Positions 37,699-48,127 of a stretch of 61,182 nucleotides of DNA are shown here, in pieces. The stretch spans positions 1 to 61,182 of the forward strand of contig CAIMEL010000008.1 in the NCBI GenBank assembly GCA_903840015.1. Direction: 5' to 3'. Made by a program: the position numbers and the translations under genes. This DNA comes from an uncultured bacterium. GTDB taxonomy: Bacteria; Patescibacteriota; Dojkabacteria; SC72. How positions within the stretch are numbered: position 1 is the stretch's first letter; the number at the start of each line of letters is the position of its first letter. The notes under the pieces were generated by a model. That model made no database searches. It was not told the DNA's origin and saw only the letters and a list, made by a program, of their open reading frames with translations.

Positions 37699-38523
37699 AT
37701 GCTTCTTTACAACAAAGTAACAGAATTAGTATATGATCAATTTCTCCTTCTATTCCTGCTCGAAATCGTAGTTCTACTCTTCGCAATAATACTTTTCAAG
37801 AAGAAGCTAAGCTTCAAAACAATCCTCTTCTCTTCCATTATCGCAATCGTCATATCTCTACTCAGTATGATTATCGTCAATGGCTTCTACGGTGGTATGG
37901 CATACCATGAAAGATTTGGTTGGCCATTCCCATTCCAATGGACATCCGGGAGTATTGATGAAATTGCCACACCTTGGGGATTACGATTCGAACCATGGAA
38001 ATTCCTTGCAAATACAATCTACTGGGGTCTGTTACCCCTCACAATACTTCTAGAAATATACTCAAAACAGAAAAGTAAAAAGTATCAACTATTCATTGTT
38101 GCTTCTCTAACAATATATATCATACTAACTATACTCTTCTCTTGGTCTAACAATCGGAATAACTTTGAGGTAGAACCACATCAGATATCAGAAACAACTA
38201 CAGAGGAAAATACAATCATAGATATTGATTTAGCGAAAAGAAAACAGGAGACTTTAGAGAAAGAATTCCCTGAATTTAAAGGGTTTGAAAAAGCCTCCAG
38301 TTTTGCAGGAGTATCAGTTAAAATCCAAGAAGAAGGGAGTGATCATTACTATGCATATATTCTTCATGGGAGTGGTATTCCAATACTTAAAGCCACATGT
38401 TTTAGAGTAGACAGAATGTTCAGAGTTTTTAAGATTGGAGAATTTCCAGATATGTTAGATTCATACATTGGGTATATGGATATAGATGCGAGAACTTGTG
38501 GTGGTATAAAAGGCGATGACTAA
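37699..38523 (+). CDS. Multi-pass membrane protein with C-terminal exported disulfide-type domain
   Basis: About 4 TM helices, GWPFPF motif, then ...KATCFRVD...IDARTC. Confidence 0.65.
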   Translation: MLLYNKVTELVYDQFLLLFLLEIVVLLFAIILFKKKLSFKTILFSSIIAIVISLLSMIIVNGFYGGMAYHERFGWPFPFQWTSGSIDEIATPWGLRFEPWKFLANTIYWGLLPLTILLEIYSKQKSKKYQLFIVASLTIYIILTILFSWSNNRNNFEVEPHQISETTTEENTIIDIDLAKRKQETLEKEFPEFKGFEKASSFAGVSVKIQEEGSDHYYAYILHGSGIPILKATCFRVDRMFRVFKIGEFPDMLDSYIGYMDIDARTCGGIKGDD

Positions 38524-39389
38524 ACTGCGTATCCATTTACAAAATCCGAAAGATCTTTTACTAATTTAGGACCAAGAATCTTAGCTTCCTCTCCTTCTCG
38601 AAATCTATTGGCCACTTCAATCTGTATAGCATTGACCTCTGATGTCCTAGAGTGATGCCTAGTAGTAAAATCTCCTGCGAAACAGTCATCCATTTTTCCA
38701 TCCACTGGGTTGATACCAGGAATAAAAACGGAATACCCTCGTTCTCTCAAATACTCACCCATTACAATATCAACATCACCGTAAAGAATACTCCCCCTAT
38801 TTCCCGTTCCGAGTATCAAATCATATCCATTAGGTACAGGTGCATACTCAGGTTGTTCAGAGAAACCATGCAGATCTAAAAGTAGAACTTTTTCATTACC
38901 AAATGCATCTATACCAATCTTCAATAAATGCTCAATCATTTCGTGGTAGGCAAGATATGCTGTAGAGAGTCTTTCATCATCCAATGCGGATGTAGAACCG
39001 AGTTGTGTATGTTGGTAGTAGTTTACTGGGTCAGGCCAAGACCGATTGTAATCTAAATATTTACGTGGCATAAGGCCTCTAATTGCACTGGCATCTTCTG
39101 TAGAGCTCAGTATTCCTGTTGCAATCGGCCAAACCTTTCTGTCACGCACAGTTCTCGCAGATTCTCTTTGAGAGAGCATACTTCCAAACAAACCGGAAAA
39201 CCCAACCCCATCATGAGGGACAGAAATTACAACCTTGTTAGGTTTTTTAGATTTAAGCACTAAACAGAAAGATTCTTGAAAAGCTTCATGATTATCCAAC
39301 TCAAACACTCTAGCACCACTTTCACACCTATTTTCTATATCTTGATATTTGAAATCGAGTTTAACAAAACATCTTAAATATATTGCCAA
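38520..39389 (-). CDS. N-formylglutamate amidohydrolase-family protein (start uncertain)
   Basis: ISVPHDG, DYNR, YHEMI, LDLHGF, DLILGT, FAGDFTT, IQIEV. Confidence 0.75.
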   Translation of the reverse strand: MAIYLRCFVKLDFKYQDIENRCESGARVFELDNHEAFQESFCLVLKSKKPNKVVISVPHDGVGFSGLFGSMLSQRESARTVRDRKVWPIATGILSSTEDASAIRGLMPRKYLDYNRSWPDPVNYYQHTQLGSTSALDDERLSTAYLAYHEMIEHLLKIGIDAFGNEKVLLLDLHGFSEQPEYAPVPNGYDLILGTGNRGSILYGDVDIVMGEYLRERGYSVFIPGINPVDGKMDDCFAGDFTTRHHSRTSEVNAIQIEVANRFREGEEAKILGPKLVKDLSDFVNGYAV

Positions 39390-39500
39390 TTATATCAAAA
39401 AAGCCTGTAACTACAAGATTCTTCTCGAATTGCTTCGTCAATGCAAAACTCCCTGGTATTGTGATATATTATCCATACAAAATTATATATACACACAAAT

Positions 39501-40289
39501 ATGGATCAGGAAAAAGTATCAGTTATTGTTCCCGCTTACAACGAAGAGAAGACCATTGAGAAGGTAGTAACCTTCCTACTCTCTTCCTCCCTTGTAGATG
39601 AAATCATATGTATCAATGATGGTTCAAAGGATAGTACAGAGAAGATTTTGAAACAGTTTGGGAACAAGATCATTTTCATTAATCTTAAACAGAACAAAGG
39701 TAAAGGAAATGCTTTAGCACAAGGAATCGAAATTGCAAAAGGCGATATCGTAATATTCCTAGATGCTGACCTAGTTACTCTCTCAGATGAACATATACAT
39801 TTACTACTTGAGCCTTTACAAAAGAAAACCCACAGGGCAGTCATAGGGCATCTGGTTGGTAAGATGGGTTTCAATATATTTTCGGAGATAAGTGGGCAGA
39901 GAGCATACTACAAAGCTGAGCTAATGCCTCATACAGATGAGATGATCGATACAAGGTTTGGAATTGAGATGTTTCTCAATGGACTGTTTTCAGAAAAGGA
40001 AACAAAGAAAATACCTCTTCCAAAATTAAGAGGATTATTCAAATATGAAAAACAAGATGGAGAGACAGCAATAAAAGAGTACATACAGGAAGGTATTGAG
40101 ATAGCGAAGGTAATCGCGAATAAGGAGATATTACCAAAAGGTGATTCTATACTTCTCAAGGAAATATCTGCAATAACGGATATGAATGGCCTCAAAGAAA
40201 GTATTGCAAAGATAAAGAATAAAAGGATAAAGAATATCTTAGAAAAATATATACTTAAATATCTCCTCCTATCTGAGAAGCAGAAATAA
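39501..40289 (+). CDS. Glycosyltransferase family 2
   Basis: VIVPAYNEE, INDGSKD, GKGNA, FLDAD, SGQRAY. Confidence 0.9.
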   Translation: MDQEKVSVIVPAYNEEKTIEKVVTFLLSSSLVDEIICINDGSKDSTEKILKQFGNKIIFINLKQNKGKGNALAQGIEIAKGDIVIFLDADLVTLSDEHIHLLLEPLQKKTHRAVIGHLVGKMGFNIFSEISGQRAYYKAELMPHTDEMIDTRFGIEMFLNGLFSEKETKKIPLPKLRGLFKYEKQDGETAIKEYIQEGIEIAKVIANKEILPKGDSILLKEISAITDMNGLKESIAKIKNKRIKNILEKYILKYLLLSEKQK

Positions 40290-40290
40290 A

Positions 40291-40318
40291 AAAAGGGAGA
40301 GATGCTATCTCCCCCTCT
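40291..40318. terminator. Probable terminator between converging genes
   Basis: AAAA-GGGAGAGAT-gct-ATCTCCCCC-TCTT hairpin with one mismatch. Confidence 0.55.
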
Positions 40319-40338
40319 TCTAAGAACCAAATCAAAAG

Positions 40339-40764
40339 TTATTCAGTTCTATCACAGACTCCATCGTTATTTACATCTACAAAGTTCCCACCTCTGTTTT
40401 GACCATGATTCCCACCATTTCCTCTCCTCTCACCATTTCCAAGACCTAATTCTTCTCTGATTGCATTTGCTTCCTCTGTTTTACCCTCGTGACCTAATTC
40501 ATACGCTTGGGCAAATTTGTCGAAATCCTCTTGAGAATCAACTTTTCTCAACACTCCTGGATTCCTTCCATCTTCGGTCATTAATTCCTTCCAACCCTCA
40601 TAATCTCTCTCTTCCATAACTTTGTTCATGGATGTTTCTCTTTCCTCAGTGTGGTTTGGACCCTGTTTACTGTAATCACCTCGGTATGCAGAGACATTTG
40701 TTAAGCCCCAGATCACTAACAGAGTAACTGCTAAAACAGGTACTAGTAATAATTTACGATTCAT
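40339..40764 (-). CDS. Secreted hypothetical protein, third gene of ECF operon
   Basis: Signal peptide, helical core, Gly/Asn/Arg linker, terminal FVDVNNDGVCD. Confidence 0.75.
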   Translation of the reverse strand: MNRKLLLVPVLAVTLLVIWGLTNVSAYRGDYSKQGPNHTEERETSMNKVMEERDYEGWKELMTEDGRNPGVLRKVDSQEDFDKFAQAYELGHEGKTEEANAIREELGLGNGERRGNGGNHGQNRGGNFVDVNNDGVCDRTE

Positions 40765-40828
40765 ATTAATTAGAATAATAATTTAAAAGGAAATCTAGAC
40801 TTCTATACAATATATTACGCAAACCTCA

Positions 40829-41548
40829 CTATCTTTCTTGCATTCCTCTTCCATTTCCTTGCCAAGGACGTATCTCGGAAGCAGCAAAACGACCTTTTGA
40901 AGAGCTTTTCCCTATTAATTTAATAACCTCTCCCTTTTGCAAAACCACTCTACCTTTTACAAAAGCATCCCTATATACTACGGACCATTCATCTCCTGAA
41001 AGATCAAGGAGCCTGATTGAAAACTCTTTCTCATTTAATTCTAAAATCTCACCCGCTAAAAATCCTGCCTCTGGACGCATCCATATTTTAAATCTTGTAT
41101 CTAATGTATGGGTGTAAAAGGGGATATTCTTTGCAAACAAATCGTTCAGTTTCTCAGAGAGCCCCCCAGTATACAACACTAAACCTAGAAGAATTGTTAT
41201 ACCGATATTTATTAACAGCTTTCTTCCAACAGAAAATCTATATGCATCCTCTGTTTTTGTAAAATTATAATAGGCAACAAAAAAGAAAAACAAAGTTAAA
41301 ATAATCCAAAGTATTGGTATAACCAAAACTATCCACTGCCACAAATTCCCCACCAAGGAAACATCTAGTAAAGCTTCATTATTGACTAAGAGGTATATTA
41401 TGATTGCAAAGCCTACAGAGCCGAAGAGTATGTTTACTATGAAGAGATTCCATACAAAAGATTTCTTTAACATAAAATGCCATTTCGGAATTGGTTTAAT
41501 ATTCTCTTTCTTAATTTTTTCTAAGACATCCCTACTTACTTTTCCCAT
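40829..41548 (-). CDS. Putative anti-sigma membrane protein
   Basis: Overlaps the sigma gene end; 3 TM helices then an OB-like exported domain (W.RPEAG.LAGEI). Confidence 0.65.
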   Translation of the reverse strand: MGKVSRDVLEKIKKENIKPIPKWHFMLKKSFVWNLFIVNILFGSVGFAIIIYLLVNNEALLDVSLVGNLWQWIVLVIPILWIILTLFFFFVAYYNFTKTEDAYRFSVGRKLLINIGITILLGLVLYTGGLSEKLNDLFAKNIPFYTHTLDTRFKIWMRPEAGFLAGEILELNEKEFSIRLLDLSGDEWSVVYRDAFVKGRVVLQKGEVIKLIGKSSSKGRFAASEIRPWQGNGRGMQER

Positions 41549-42098
41549 TCTCTTCTATCAATGATTTTAATTTAACTTTTGCCCTACTAATCAAGGAACC
41601 GACAGTCCCTGAAGATATCTCTAGTATCTCCGATATCTCATTATAATCTTTTTCTTCTAGGAATTTTAATATTAAAACATCTCGATACTTACTATCCAAA
41701 GATTGAATTATTTTCTCAAACCTTTTCCTCTCCTCTTCCTCAAGATACTCTCTTTCCAAATCCAAACCAGATGAAATACCATCAAAAAGATCCTTATTTA
41801 AATCATTCACTATCTCAACATTTCTTTTAGAATTCTTCCTTAAAAAAGATATAGCCTCATTATGTGCAATCCTGTATATCCAACTTGAGAATTTCTTGTT
41901 TGTATTAAACCCATTTAAATTACGATATGCTTTCAGAAAAACCTCTTGTAAGATATCTTCCGCATCTTCAGTATTCACATATATTATCCTTTTAACATAG
42001 GCCAATAATCTCCTCTCATACTTCTCCACGAGATATTTGTAATGATTGGGATCCTCTATGCTTAATTTTACAATCTCTTCATCTTTTCTCTCCCGCAT
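41532..42098 (-). CDS. ECF RNA polymerase sigma factor
   Basis: DAEDILQEVFLKAY, FSSWIYRIAHN, YNEISEIL.ISSGTVGSLISRAK. Confidence 0.93.
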   Translation of the reverse strand: MRERKDEEIVKLSIEDPNHYKYLVEKYERRLLAYVKRIIYVNTEDAEDILQEVFLKAYRNLNGFNTNKKFSSWIYRIAHNEAISFLRKNSKRNVEIVNDLNKDLFDGISSGLDLEREYLEEEERKRFEKIIQSLDSKYRDVLILKFLEEKDYNEISEILEISSGTVGSLISRAKVKLKSLIEENGKSK

Positions 42099-42191
42099 AT
42101 ATCAATTCTACCATTTTAGAGAATACAACAATGATATTTACATCAATATCGTTTCAATATACTATTTAGTAATAAGTTTTAATTTCTCAAA

Positions 42192-42905
42192 ATGAAAAAA
42201 TTTCTTCTAATTCTCCTGATCTTAATCATAGGTTTAGGAGTTGTTGGATATCTAACCATAAAAGGTAAAATACCTGTACTTTACAATGCAGTATTTCAAC
42301 AAGTAGATCTTGGTATCGATGAATCACCTGATATCATATATGCATTTTACGAAAAAATTGGATATGAAGATAATCTTAAAGGTGATTCTCCTAAGAGTGG
42401 AGAATTGGTATTCGAAGGAGGCATAGATCTTGACCATACATTCACTCAGAGCGAGATAAATTCATGGCTTTCAGCTTGGGAAAACTCTTGGACTGGCATT
42501 CCCTTTAAAAATCTTCAGATAAGAATTAATTCCGATGGAACGGTAGAAGCCTCCTCCTTAATTTCACTCAAAGAAGCAGAGTCAATTGGCAGAACACTTG
42601 GCTATTCACAAGAGGAAATAGATAAAGCTAAGGATTTTCTTAAATATATACCAGATCCTCTTCCTCTGTATGCAAAAGGTACTGCAAGTATAAAAGATAA
42701 TCAGGTGAATTTAGATATTCAGAATTTCAAAGTAGTTGGTTACTCTCTTCCAGAAGGTATGAATAGTACTGTAGAGGGCGTAATTGAGGACGTCATATCC
42801 AGAGCAAAAAATCTCTCTACAGAAACAGACATTAAATCTGCAGAAGTAACTTCTGAAGGAGTGAAGTTCTTAGGTACTGTTCCTGCAAGCGTAAGTATTA
42901 AATAG
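42192..42905 (+). CDS. Membrane-anchored hypothetical protein
   Basis: N-terminal TM, beta-rich domain. Confidence 0.7.
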   Translation: MKKFLLILLILIIGLGVVGYLTIKGKIPVLYNAVFQQVDLGIDESPDIIYAFYEKIGYEDNLKGDSPKSGELVFEGGIDLDHTFTQSEINSWLSAWENSWTGIPFKNLQIRINSDGTVEASSLISLKEAESIGRTLGYSQEEIDKAKDFLKYIPDPLPLYAKGTASIKDNQVNLDIQNFKVVGYSLPEGMNSTVEGVIEDVISRAKNLSTETDIKSAEVTSEGVKFLGTVPASVSIK

Positions 42906-42990
42906 CTGTAGAACAGGTATTTCTCAGCCCTAAACAGGCCCTTGTGCTTTGCAATGGTTCTGGTAGAATACATCTTCCGAAAGGGAGTAC

Positions 42991-43512
42991 ATGAAAAAAT
43001 ATATAAAATATTTAAGATATTTAGTAAAACATAAGTGGTTTGTAATGCGAGAGTGTTTTAAACACGGAATAGTACTTCAAGGTATACTTCATGATATTAG
43101 TAAATTAACCCCAGAGGAGTTTTTCCCCTATGCAAATTTCTTCTATGGAACACAGAGGGTTGAAACAAAAGATCAGAATGGATATTACAAACCAGTAGAT
43201 ACTGGAGATAGCAAGTTTGATTTCGCATGGTTACTACACTGTAAAAGAAACAAACATCACTGGCAGTGGTGGGTAGTACCAAATGAAAATGGAGGATCAA
43301 AGACATTACCAATTCCCGAGCCATACCTTACAGAGATGCTTTGTGACTGGATTGGTGCTGGGAAAGCACAAGGACATTTTTCTCCTACAGAAGATCCATA
43401 CTGGAATGTAAGAAATTGGTACAATGCTAACAAGGAGAGAATACAACTAGCAGACGAAACTAGAAAAGAAATTGAGAAGAGAATTAATGTTACCAACTCG
43501 ACAAATTTCTAA
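42991..43512 (+). CDS. DUF5662-family HD-like protein
   Basis: HKWFV, LHDISK, H..RNKHHWQWW, EMLCDW. Confidence 0.75.
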   Translation: MKKYIKYLRYLVKHKWFVMRECFKHGIVLQGILHDISKLTPEEFFPYANFFYGTQRVETKDQNGYYKPVDTGDSKFDFAWLLHCKRNKHHWQWWVVPNENGGSKTLPIPEPYLTEMLCDWIGAGKAQGHFSPTEDPYWNVRNWYNANKERIQLADETRKEIEKRINVTNSTNF

Positions 43513-43530
43513 TTGATGAGATAATACATT

Positions 43531-44238
43531 ATGCCCCAACTTTCATTAACAAAAATTCAGTATTCAAAATACGATCATCCTAAATTCCTAAGATTACTTT
43601 CTGTCCTCATATTGCGTATATATACATCCATACTCCTTGGTTTTAGAATAAAGACAATACAGAAACTACCAAACGGACCGAGAATTTTTGCAATAAATCA
43701 TCCTACAACAGCAGATCCTTTCATCATATACAGTATATTTCCAAATGCAAAAGTACTGATCACAGAGAAAGCCTTCAAAGTAAGAGCTATTGGATGGATA
43801 CTTAGGAAACTAGGACATATACAGGTTACAGAAGAGAAGAAATATGATGCGTTTGAAGAAGCTAAACAAACATTACTTCAAGGCAAAGATATCATCATAT
43901 TTCCCGAAGGGACATTAAGCAAAAAGGTACACAGTATCAATGAAATTAAAACTGGAATCACTCGATTAGCATTAGAAACAAATTCCACAATAGTTCCGAT
44001 TGGAATAAATCTTTTGGAAAAAGGAATAAAACAATACAAGGTAAAAACTGTTAAAGGAGAAACCTTAATCTCCAAATGGTACCTATTCAACAAATATATT
44101 GTCAATATCGGGAAAAGTATAAAGTTAGAAGGGAGTGTTAAAAACAGAGAATACGTAAAGAAGAAGAGTATATATTTACAGGAACAGATTCAGAAGTTAA
44201 GTAGAAAGTATTTTTACAAAAGAAATTGGAATTCCTAG
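43531..44238 (+). CDS. Lysophospholipid acyltransferase (PlsC-like)
   Basis: NHPTTAD (HxxxxD), FPEGT, IVPIG. Confidence 0.88.
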   Translation: MPQLSLTKIQYSKYDHPKFLRLLSVLILRIYTSILLGFRIKTIQKLPNGPRIFAINHPTTADPFIIYSIFPNAKVLITEKAFKVRAIGWILRKLGHIQVTEEKKYDAFEEAKQTLLQGKDIIIFPEGTLSKKVHSINEIKTGITRLALETNSTIVPIGINLLEKGIKQYKVKTVKGETLISKWYLFNKYIVNIGKSIKLEGSVKNREYVKKKSIYLQEQIQKLSRKYFYKRNWNS

Positions 44239-44310
44239 AACAAAGCATACCCTCCATACTCCTCCCCTTTTTTAATATCTATCTTTCCAATATAATTTTG
44301 AGAGAGCAAT

Positions 44311-46230
44311 ATGAAACTAGACAAAAAGAAAGCCCTAAAGATAACCCTCATAGGAATACCTGTTCTCCTAATCCTCCTTCTTCTCTCCTTCTGTATATAC
44401 ATCCTCTCTTTTAAACAGATTCTTCAATACGACAATATCATTCGGAGTTCTGAGAAATATTGCATTACAGGGAATTTCTTTCTACCCTCCCTCTACAAAA
44501 TCACATATGACACCCCCGTAGAGATAGACACAGAAGAGACAGTAACAATATTCAACAAGTTTGATATATTTGCAAAATCCATATGCATACAATCTCAAAC
44601 ACTCTTACCTGAAAATTCTCTAACAACTCTCTCGCTCACTTTCCTTGGTAATACTGGTCTACAGATATTTAAAGAAGAGATATCCATACCAACAGAGGAA
44701 TACCCAAAAGTAAGCGAAGCTCCTTCAGACAGAGATTTCAATATATCAGAAAGCATCTCCTACGAAATTACAAATCCCAATCCCCTACTTCAATACAAGT
44801 TACTCGAAGGGGAGAATGAGACTCTGTGTTCACTCGAAGACAGTACATTACACTGTAATCTAGAAGAATTGGAGCTACAGTATGGAGGGGAGTATGAACT
44901 CACTCTGATATCAACATATAACTCGGCAATTGTAGATGAACTAGACTCTTCCCAAATAGAGACATTAGAACCAGTAAAGATTGTATCAACAAATATAAAA
45001 CAGGGAGGAACAATATATGACTTAAATCCTAAGATCGTTTTTAGTACAAACAAACCAGTAGAATTCATAGGAGAAAACACACTCGAAAATAGCGAAGGAG
45101 TAAAAACACAATTAGTTATATCAACAAAAGGCAATACAATAACCATGGAACCAAAATCTCCTCTTTCTCAGAAGAGTACATACACTCTCACTCTTGGTAA
45201 TCTGAAAGCTGAAGATGGAAGTGAGTTAACAGATCCATTTACTTTAAAATTCAAAACCGGAGATGGCCCTAGACCCAGATACACAAATATATCTGGATAT
45301 GGCTTCCCCACAGGTAGCAATATATACATAACATTTGACCAAGACTTGAAGAGTAATCAGGATATTAGTAAGAAAATTCTTCTTTCAGATTCAACAACAT
45401 ATACATATTCGATATCAAATAATAGGATTAGTATAAATCCAAAAACATCATTAAAAGCATGCAAAACATACTCCCTTGTTCTTAAACAGAGCATCTTAAG
45501 TGACAATGAGTTATCCTCCTCTCAAGAATATACATATACGTTCAAAACAAAATGCGCTCGAATAGTTACTCTTGGTTCTTCAGTACAATCTCGACCAATA
45601 TACGCCTACTATTTCGGAACTGGTAGTAAGAAAATAGTCTTCTTCGGAGCTATGCATGGTTCCGAAGCCAAAACAAAGGATACTATGTTAAGTTGGATTG
45701 CTGAATTAGAAAAAAATAGTTCTAAAATACCCTCTGACAAAACAGTAATCGTAGTACCTACATTCAATCCAGATGGTATTGCAAATCAAAGCAGATTTAA
45801 TGCTAACAAAGTAGATATCAATCGTAATTTCGATACTTCTGATTGGAGTCCTGATTCATATTTTTTAAGCAAGAAGTATGTTAATGGTGGAGGTACAGAA
45901 CCATTTTCAGAACCAGAAACAAGATTAATCCGAAACTTAATTACAAACAACCATCCTTACCTTACACTTTCTTACCATTCAGCAGCATCATACACCATTC
46001 CGTGTGGTACATCAAAATCTTTTGAATATGGAACAATATATTCACAACTCTCGGGATATAGATATGTACCTCCAGAGTATGAAGATGCGTTCTCATACAC
46101 AGTCACAGGGTCACTGGGTACCTGGGCCAAAGAAAATGGTTACAATGAGTTAACCATAGAGGTATCTTCACCATATGTAGACGAATTTAGTAGAAATGTT
46201 AAGGCCATGTGGAAAATGGTTACGATGTAA
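44311..46230 (+). CDS. Membrane-anchored M14 Zn carboxypeptidase with Ig-like domains
   Basis: TM anchor, Ig-like repeats, then GSSVQSRPI, GAMHGSE (HxxE), NPDG, RFNANKVDINRNF, FSEPET, SYHS. Confidence 0.85.
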   Translation: MKLDKKKALKITLIGIPVLLILLLLSFCIYILSFKQILQYDNIIRSSEKYCITGNFFLPSLYKITYDTPVEIDTEETVTIFNKFDIFAKSICIQSQTLLPENSLTTLSLTFLGNTGLQIFKEEISIPTEEYPKVSEAPSDRDFNISESISYEITNPNPLLQYKLLEGENETLCSLEDSTLHCNLEELELQYGGEYELTLISTYNSAIVDELDSSQIETLEPVKIVSTNIKQGGTIYDLNPKIVFSTNKPVEFIGENTLENSEGVKTQLVISTKGNTITMEPKSPLSQKSTYTLTLGNLKAEDGSELTDPFTLKFKTGDGPRPRYTNISGYGFPTGSNIYITFDQDLKSNQDISKKILLSDSTTYTYSISNNRISINPKTSLKACKTYSLVLKQSILSDNELSSSQEYTYTFKTKCARIVTLGSSVQSRPIYAYYFGTGSKKIVFFGAMHGSEAKTKDTMLSWIAELEKNSSKIPSDKTVIVVPTFNPDGIANQSRFNANKVDINRNFDTSDWSPDSYFLSKKYVNGGGTEPFSEPETRLIRNLITNNHPYLTLSYHSAASYTIPCGTSKSFEYGTIYSQLSGYRYVPPEYEDAFSYTVTGSLGTWAKENGYNELTIEVSSPYVDEFSRNVKAMWKMVTM

Positions 46231-46271
46231 CATATTTGCTAAACTAAAATATTAAGATTTAAAGAACAGAC

Positions 46272-46703
46272 ATGAATATAAAAATTAAGAGATTCGACAA
46301 AGAGCTACCAATACCCGAATACAAAAGTGAAGGGGCTGTAGCATTAGATCTCTACTCTAGGACTGACATATCAATACAACCTGGTGAGGTAGTCTTAATT
46401 CCTCTAAACATTGCAGTAGAAATCCCAAAAGGATATTTCATACTCCTAGTCAACAGAAGCTCTACATACAAACTTGGAATTACCTGCGTAAATGGACTTG
46501 GCATTGGAGACTACGACTACTGTGGAGACAATGATGAATACAAATTCCCAGCATTAAACTACACCAATCAAGAAGTAACTATCGAGAAAGGGACTCGCTG
46601 CTGTCAGATGTTAATTCTACCCATAGAGAGAGCAGATATTACCGAAGTTGACAAACTTGCAAACTCAGACAGAGGAGGATTTGGATCAACTGGAAACAGA
46701 TAA
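46272..46703 (+). CDS. dut: Trimeric dUTPase
   Basis: ALDL, NRSS, GIGDYDY.G, Q.LILP, RGGFGSTG. Confidence 0.9.
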   Translation: MNIKIKRFDKELPIPEYKSEGAVALDLYSRTDISIQPGEVVLIPLNIAVEIPKGYFILLVNRSSTYKLGITCVNGLGIGDYDYCGDNDEYKFPALNYTNQEVTIEKGTRCCQMLILPIERADITEVDKLANSDRGGFGSTGNR

Positions 46704-46776
46704 AAAGACTTCCTTGCTATTTCTTCCTTAAAAGCATATAGTGTAGAGCTTTATTTATATTCTAAGCTTACAAATT

Positions 46777-47385
46777 ATGGGTAGATTTTTTAATGACAGA
46801 AATTCAGGACGAAGAAGTAGTGGTAGATCTGAAAGACCAACAATGCATCGTGCTGTGTGTGACAAATGTGGTAATGACTGTGAAGTGCCTTTCAAACCAT
46901 CTGGAGAGAAACCAATTTACTGTAGTAGATGTTTTGAAACAATGGGAAACACCTCTAGCAACAGAGACAGAGGAAGCTACAGGGATTTCGGCAGTAGAGA
47001 TAGAGGTAATTTCAGAGATTCAGGAAGAAAAGAGATGTTTTCAGCTGTTTGTGATAAATGTGGTGAAGAATGTGAGGTACCTTTCAAACCAAGTAGCGAC
47101 AAACCAATTTACTGTAGTAGATGTTTTGAAACAGTAGGAAACCGAAGAGAAGACAGAGGTTCACAAAACAGACCTTCTAGTAACAACACTGCAGAAATAT
47201 CGCAATTGAAAGAACAGCTAGGTAGTATTAGTGCAAAACTAGACAAATTACTTAAAATTCTTACACCTGTTGAAGTTGAGGTTAAAGAAGTAGAGAAAAA
47301 GACAACTAAGAAAGCTACTACTAAAGCCAAAGCAGAACCGAAGAAGAAGGTAGCTACAAAGAAAAAGGTGACAAAGAAAGAATAA
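46777..47385 (+). CDS. CxxC-x17-CxxC double zinc-ribbon protein with Lys-rich tail
   Basis: Two copies of CDKCG..CEVPFKPS..KPIYCSRCF with RG/RD-rich spacers. Confidence 0.88.
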   Translation: MGRFFNDRNSGRRSSGRSERPTMHRAVCDKCGNDCEVPFKPSGEKPIYCSRCFETMGNTSSNRDRGSYRDFGSRDRGNFRDSGRKEMFSAVCDKCGEECEVPFKPSSDKPIYCSRCFETVGNRREDRGSQNRPSSNNTAEISQLKEQLGSISAKLDKLLKILTPVEVEVKEVEKKTTKKATTKAKAEPKKKVATKKKVTKKE

Positions 47386-48126
47386 TTACCACCTAGGATA
47401 CTTAACTGTATCTGATCTTAAATCAGTAATGTAAAGATCTGGGTCTACCTCAATACCGAATCCTTCCTCTAAGAACATTTTTGCAATATATGCATTACCT
47501 AGAGCATTTGGATGCACTGGATCAATCTTAGATTCACCTAACAAATTATCTCTTTCACCAAATTCTAACGTGTAAAAATTTGAAAGCTCGAATTTACTAA
47601 AAAGATCATACCCATTAAAAACTTTAATACCTTCATGACTTGGGATATCCATTACAGCCTGAACAAACGGTAAATACTTCATATTCAAATCATAGCTACC
47701 AGAATATATATCTGGTGAAAAGATAATTCTCTTACCTTGTTCACCTTCCATCATACGAAAAATCTCAGCAATATTTGTTACATGTTCCTCCAATGGTATT
47801 CCCAACTCAACATCATTCGCAGTCCCCATTATGATATACAGATCTGCATCCACCTCTTTCATTGCTAATTTAACACTATCTAGGAATTCTCTTGAAGAAG
47901 CGCCATCTAAGGAATAGTTGTAGAACTTTAGATTCCATTCAGGTATCCACCAATCATCATCATCAAATTCTGTAAAAGAAAATTTCAAAATATATTCGAA
48001 AATATTCCTCCAATTAGGTTGAACCCATTCTCCAGATGTAATTGAATCTCCAATAAATACGATCTTGTATCTCTTACTTTCTTTCAAACTCTTCAGAATC
48101 TCTTGATAGATATCACTCTTTTCCAT
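47386..48126 (-). CDS. SGNH/GDSL hydrolase (start moved to ATG 48126)
   Basis: FIGDSIT, DGASS, GTAND, DPVHPN. Confidence 0.85.
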   Translation of the reverse strand: MEKSDIYQEILKSLKESKRYKIVFIGDSITSGEWVQPNWRNIFEYILKFSFTEFDDDDWWIPEWNLKFYNYSLDGASSREFLDSVKLAMKEVDADLYIIMGTANDVELGIPLEEHVTNIAEIFRMMEGEQGKRIIFSPDIYSGSYDLNMKYLPFVQAVMDIPSHEGIKVFNGYDLFSKFELSNFYTLEFGERDNLLGESKIDPVHPNALGNAYIAKMFLEEGFGIEVDPDLYITDLRSDTVKYPRW

Positions 48127-48127
48127 A

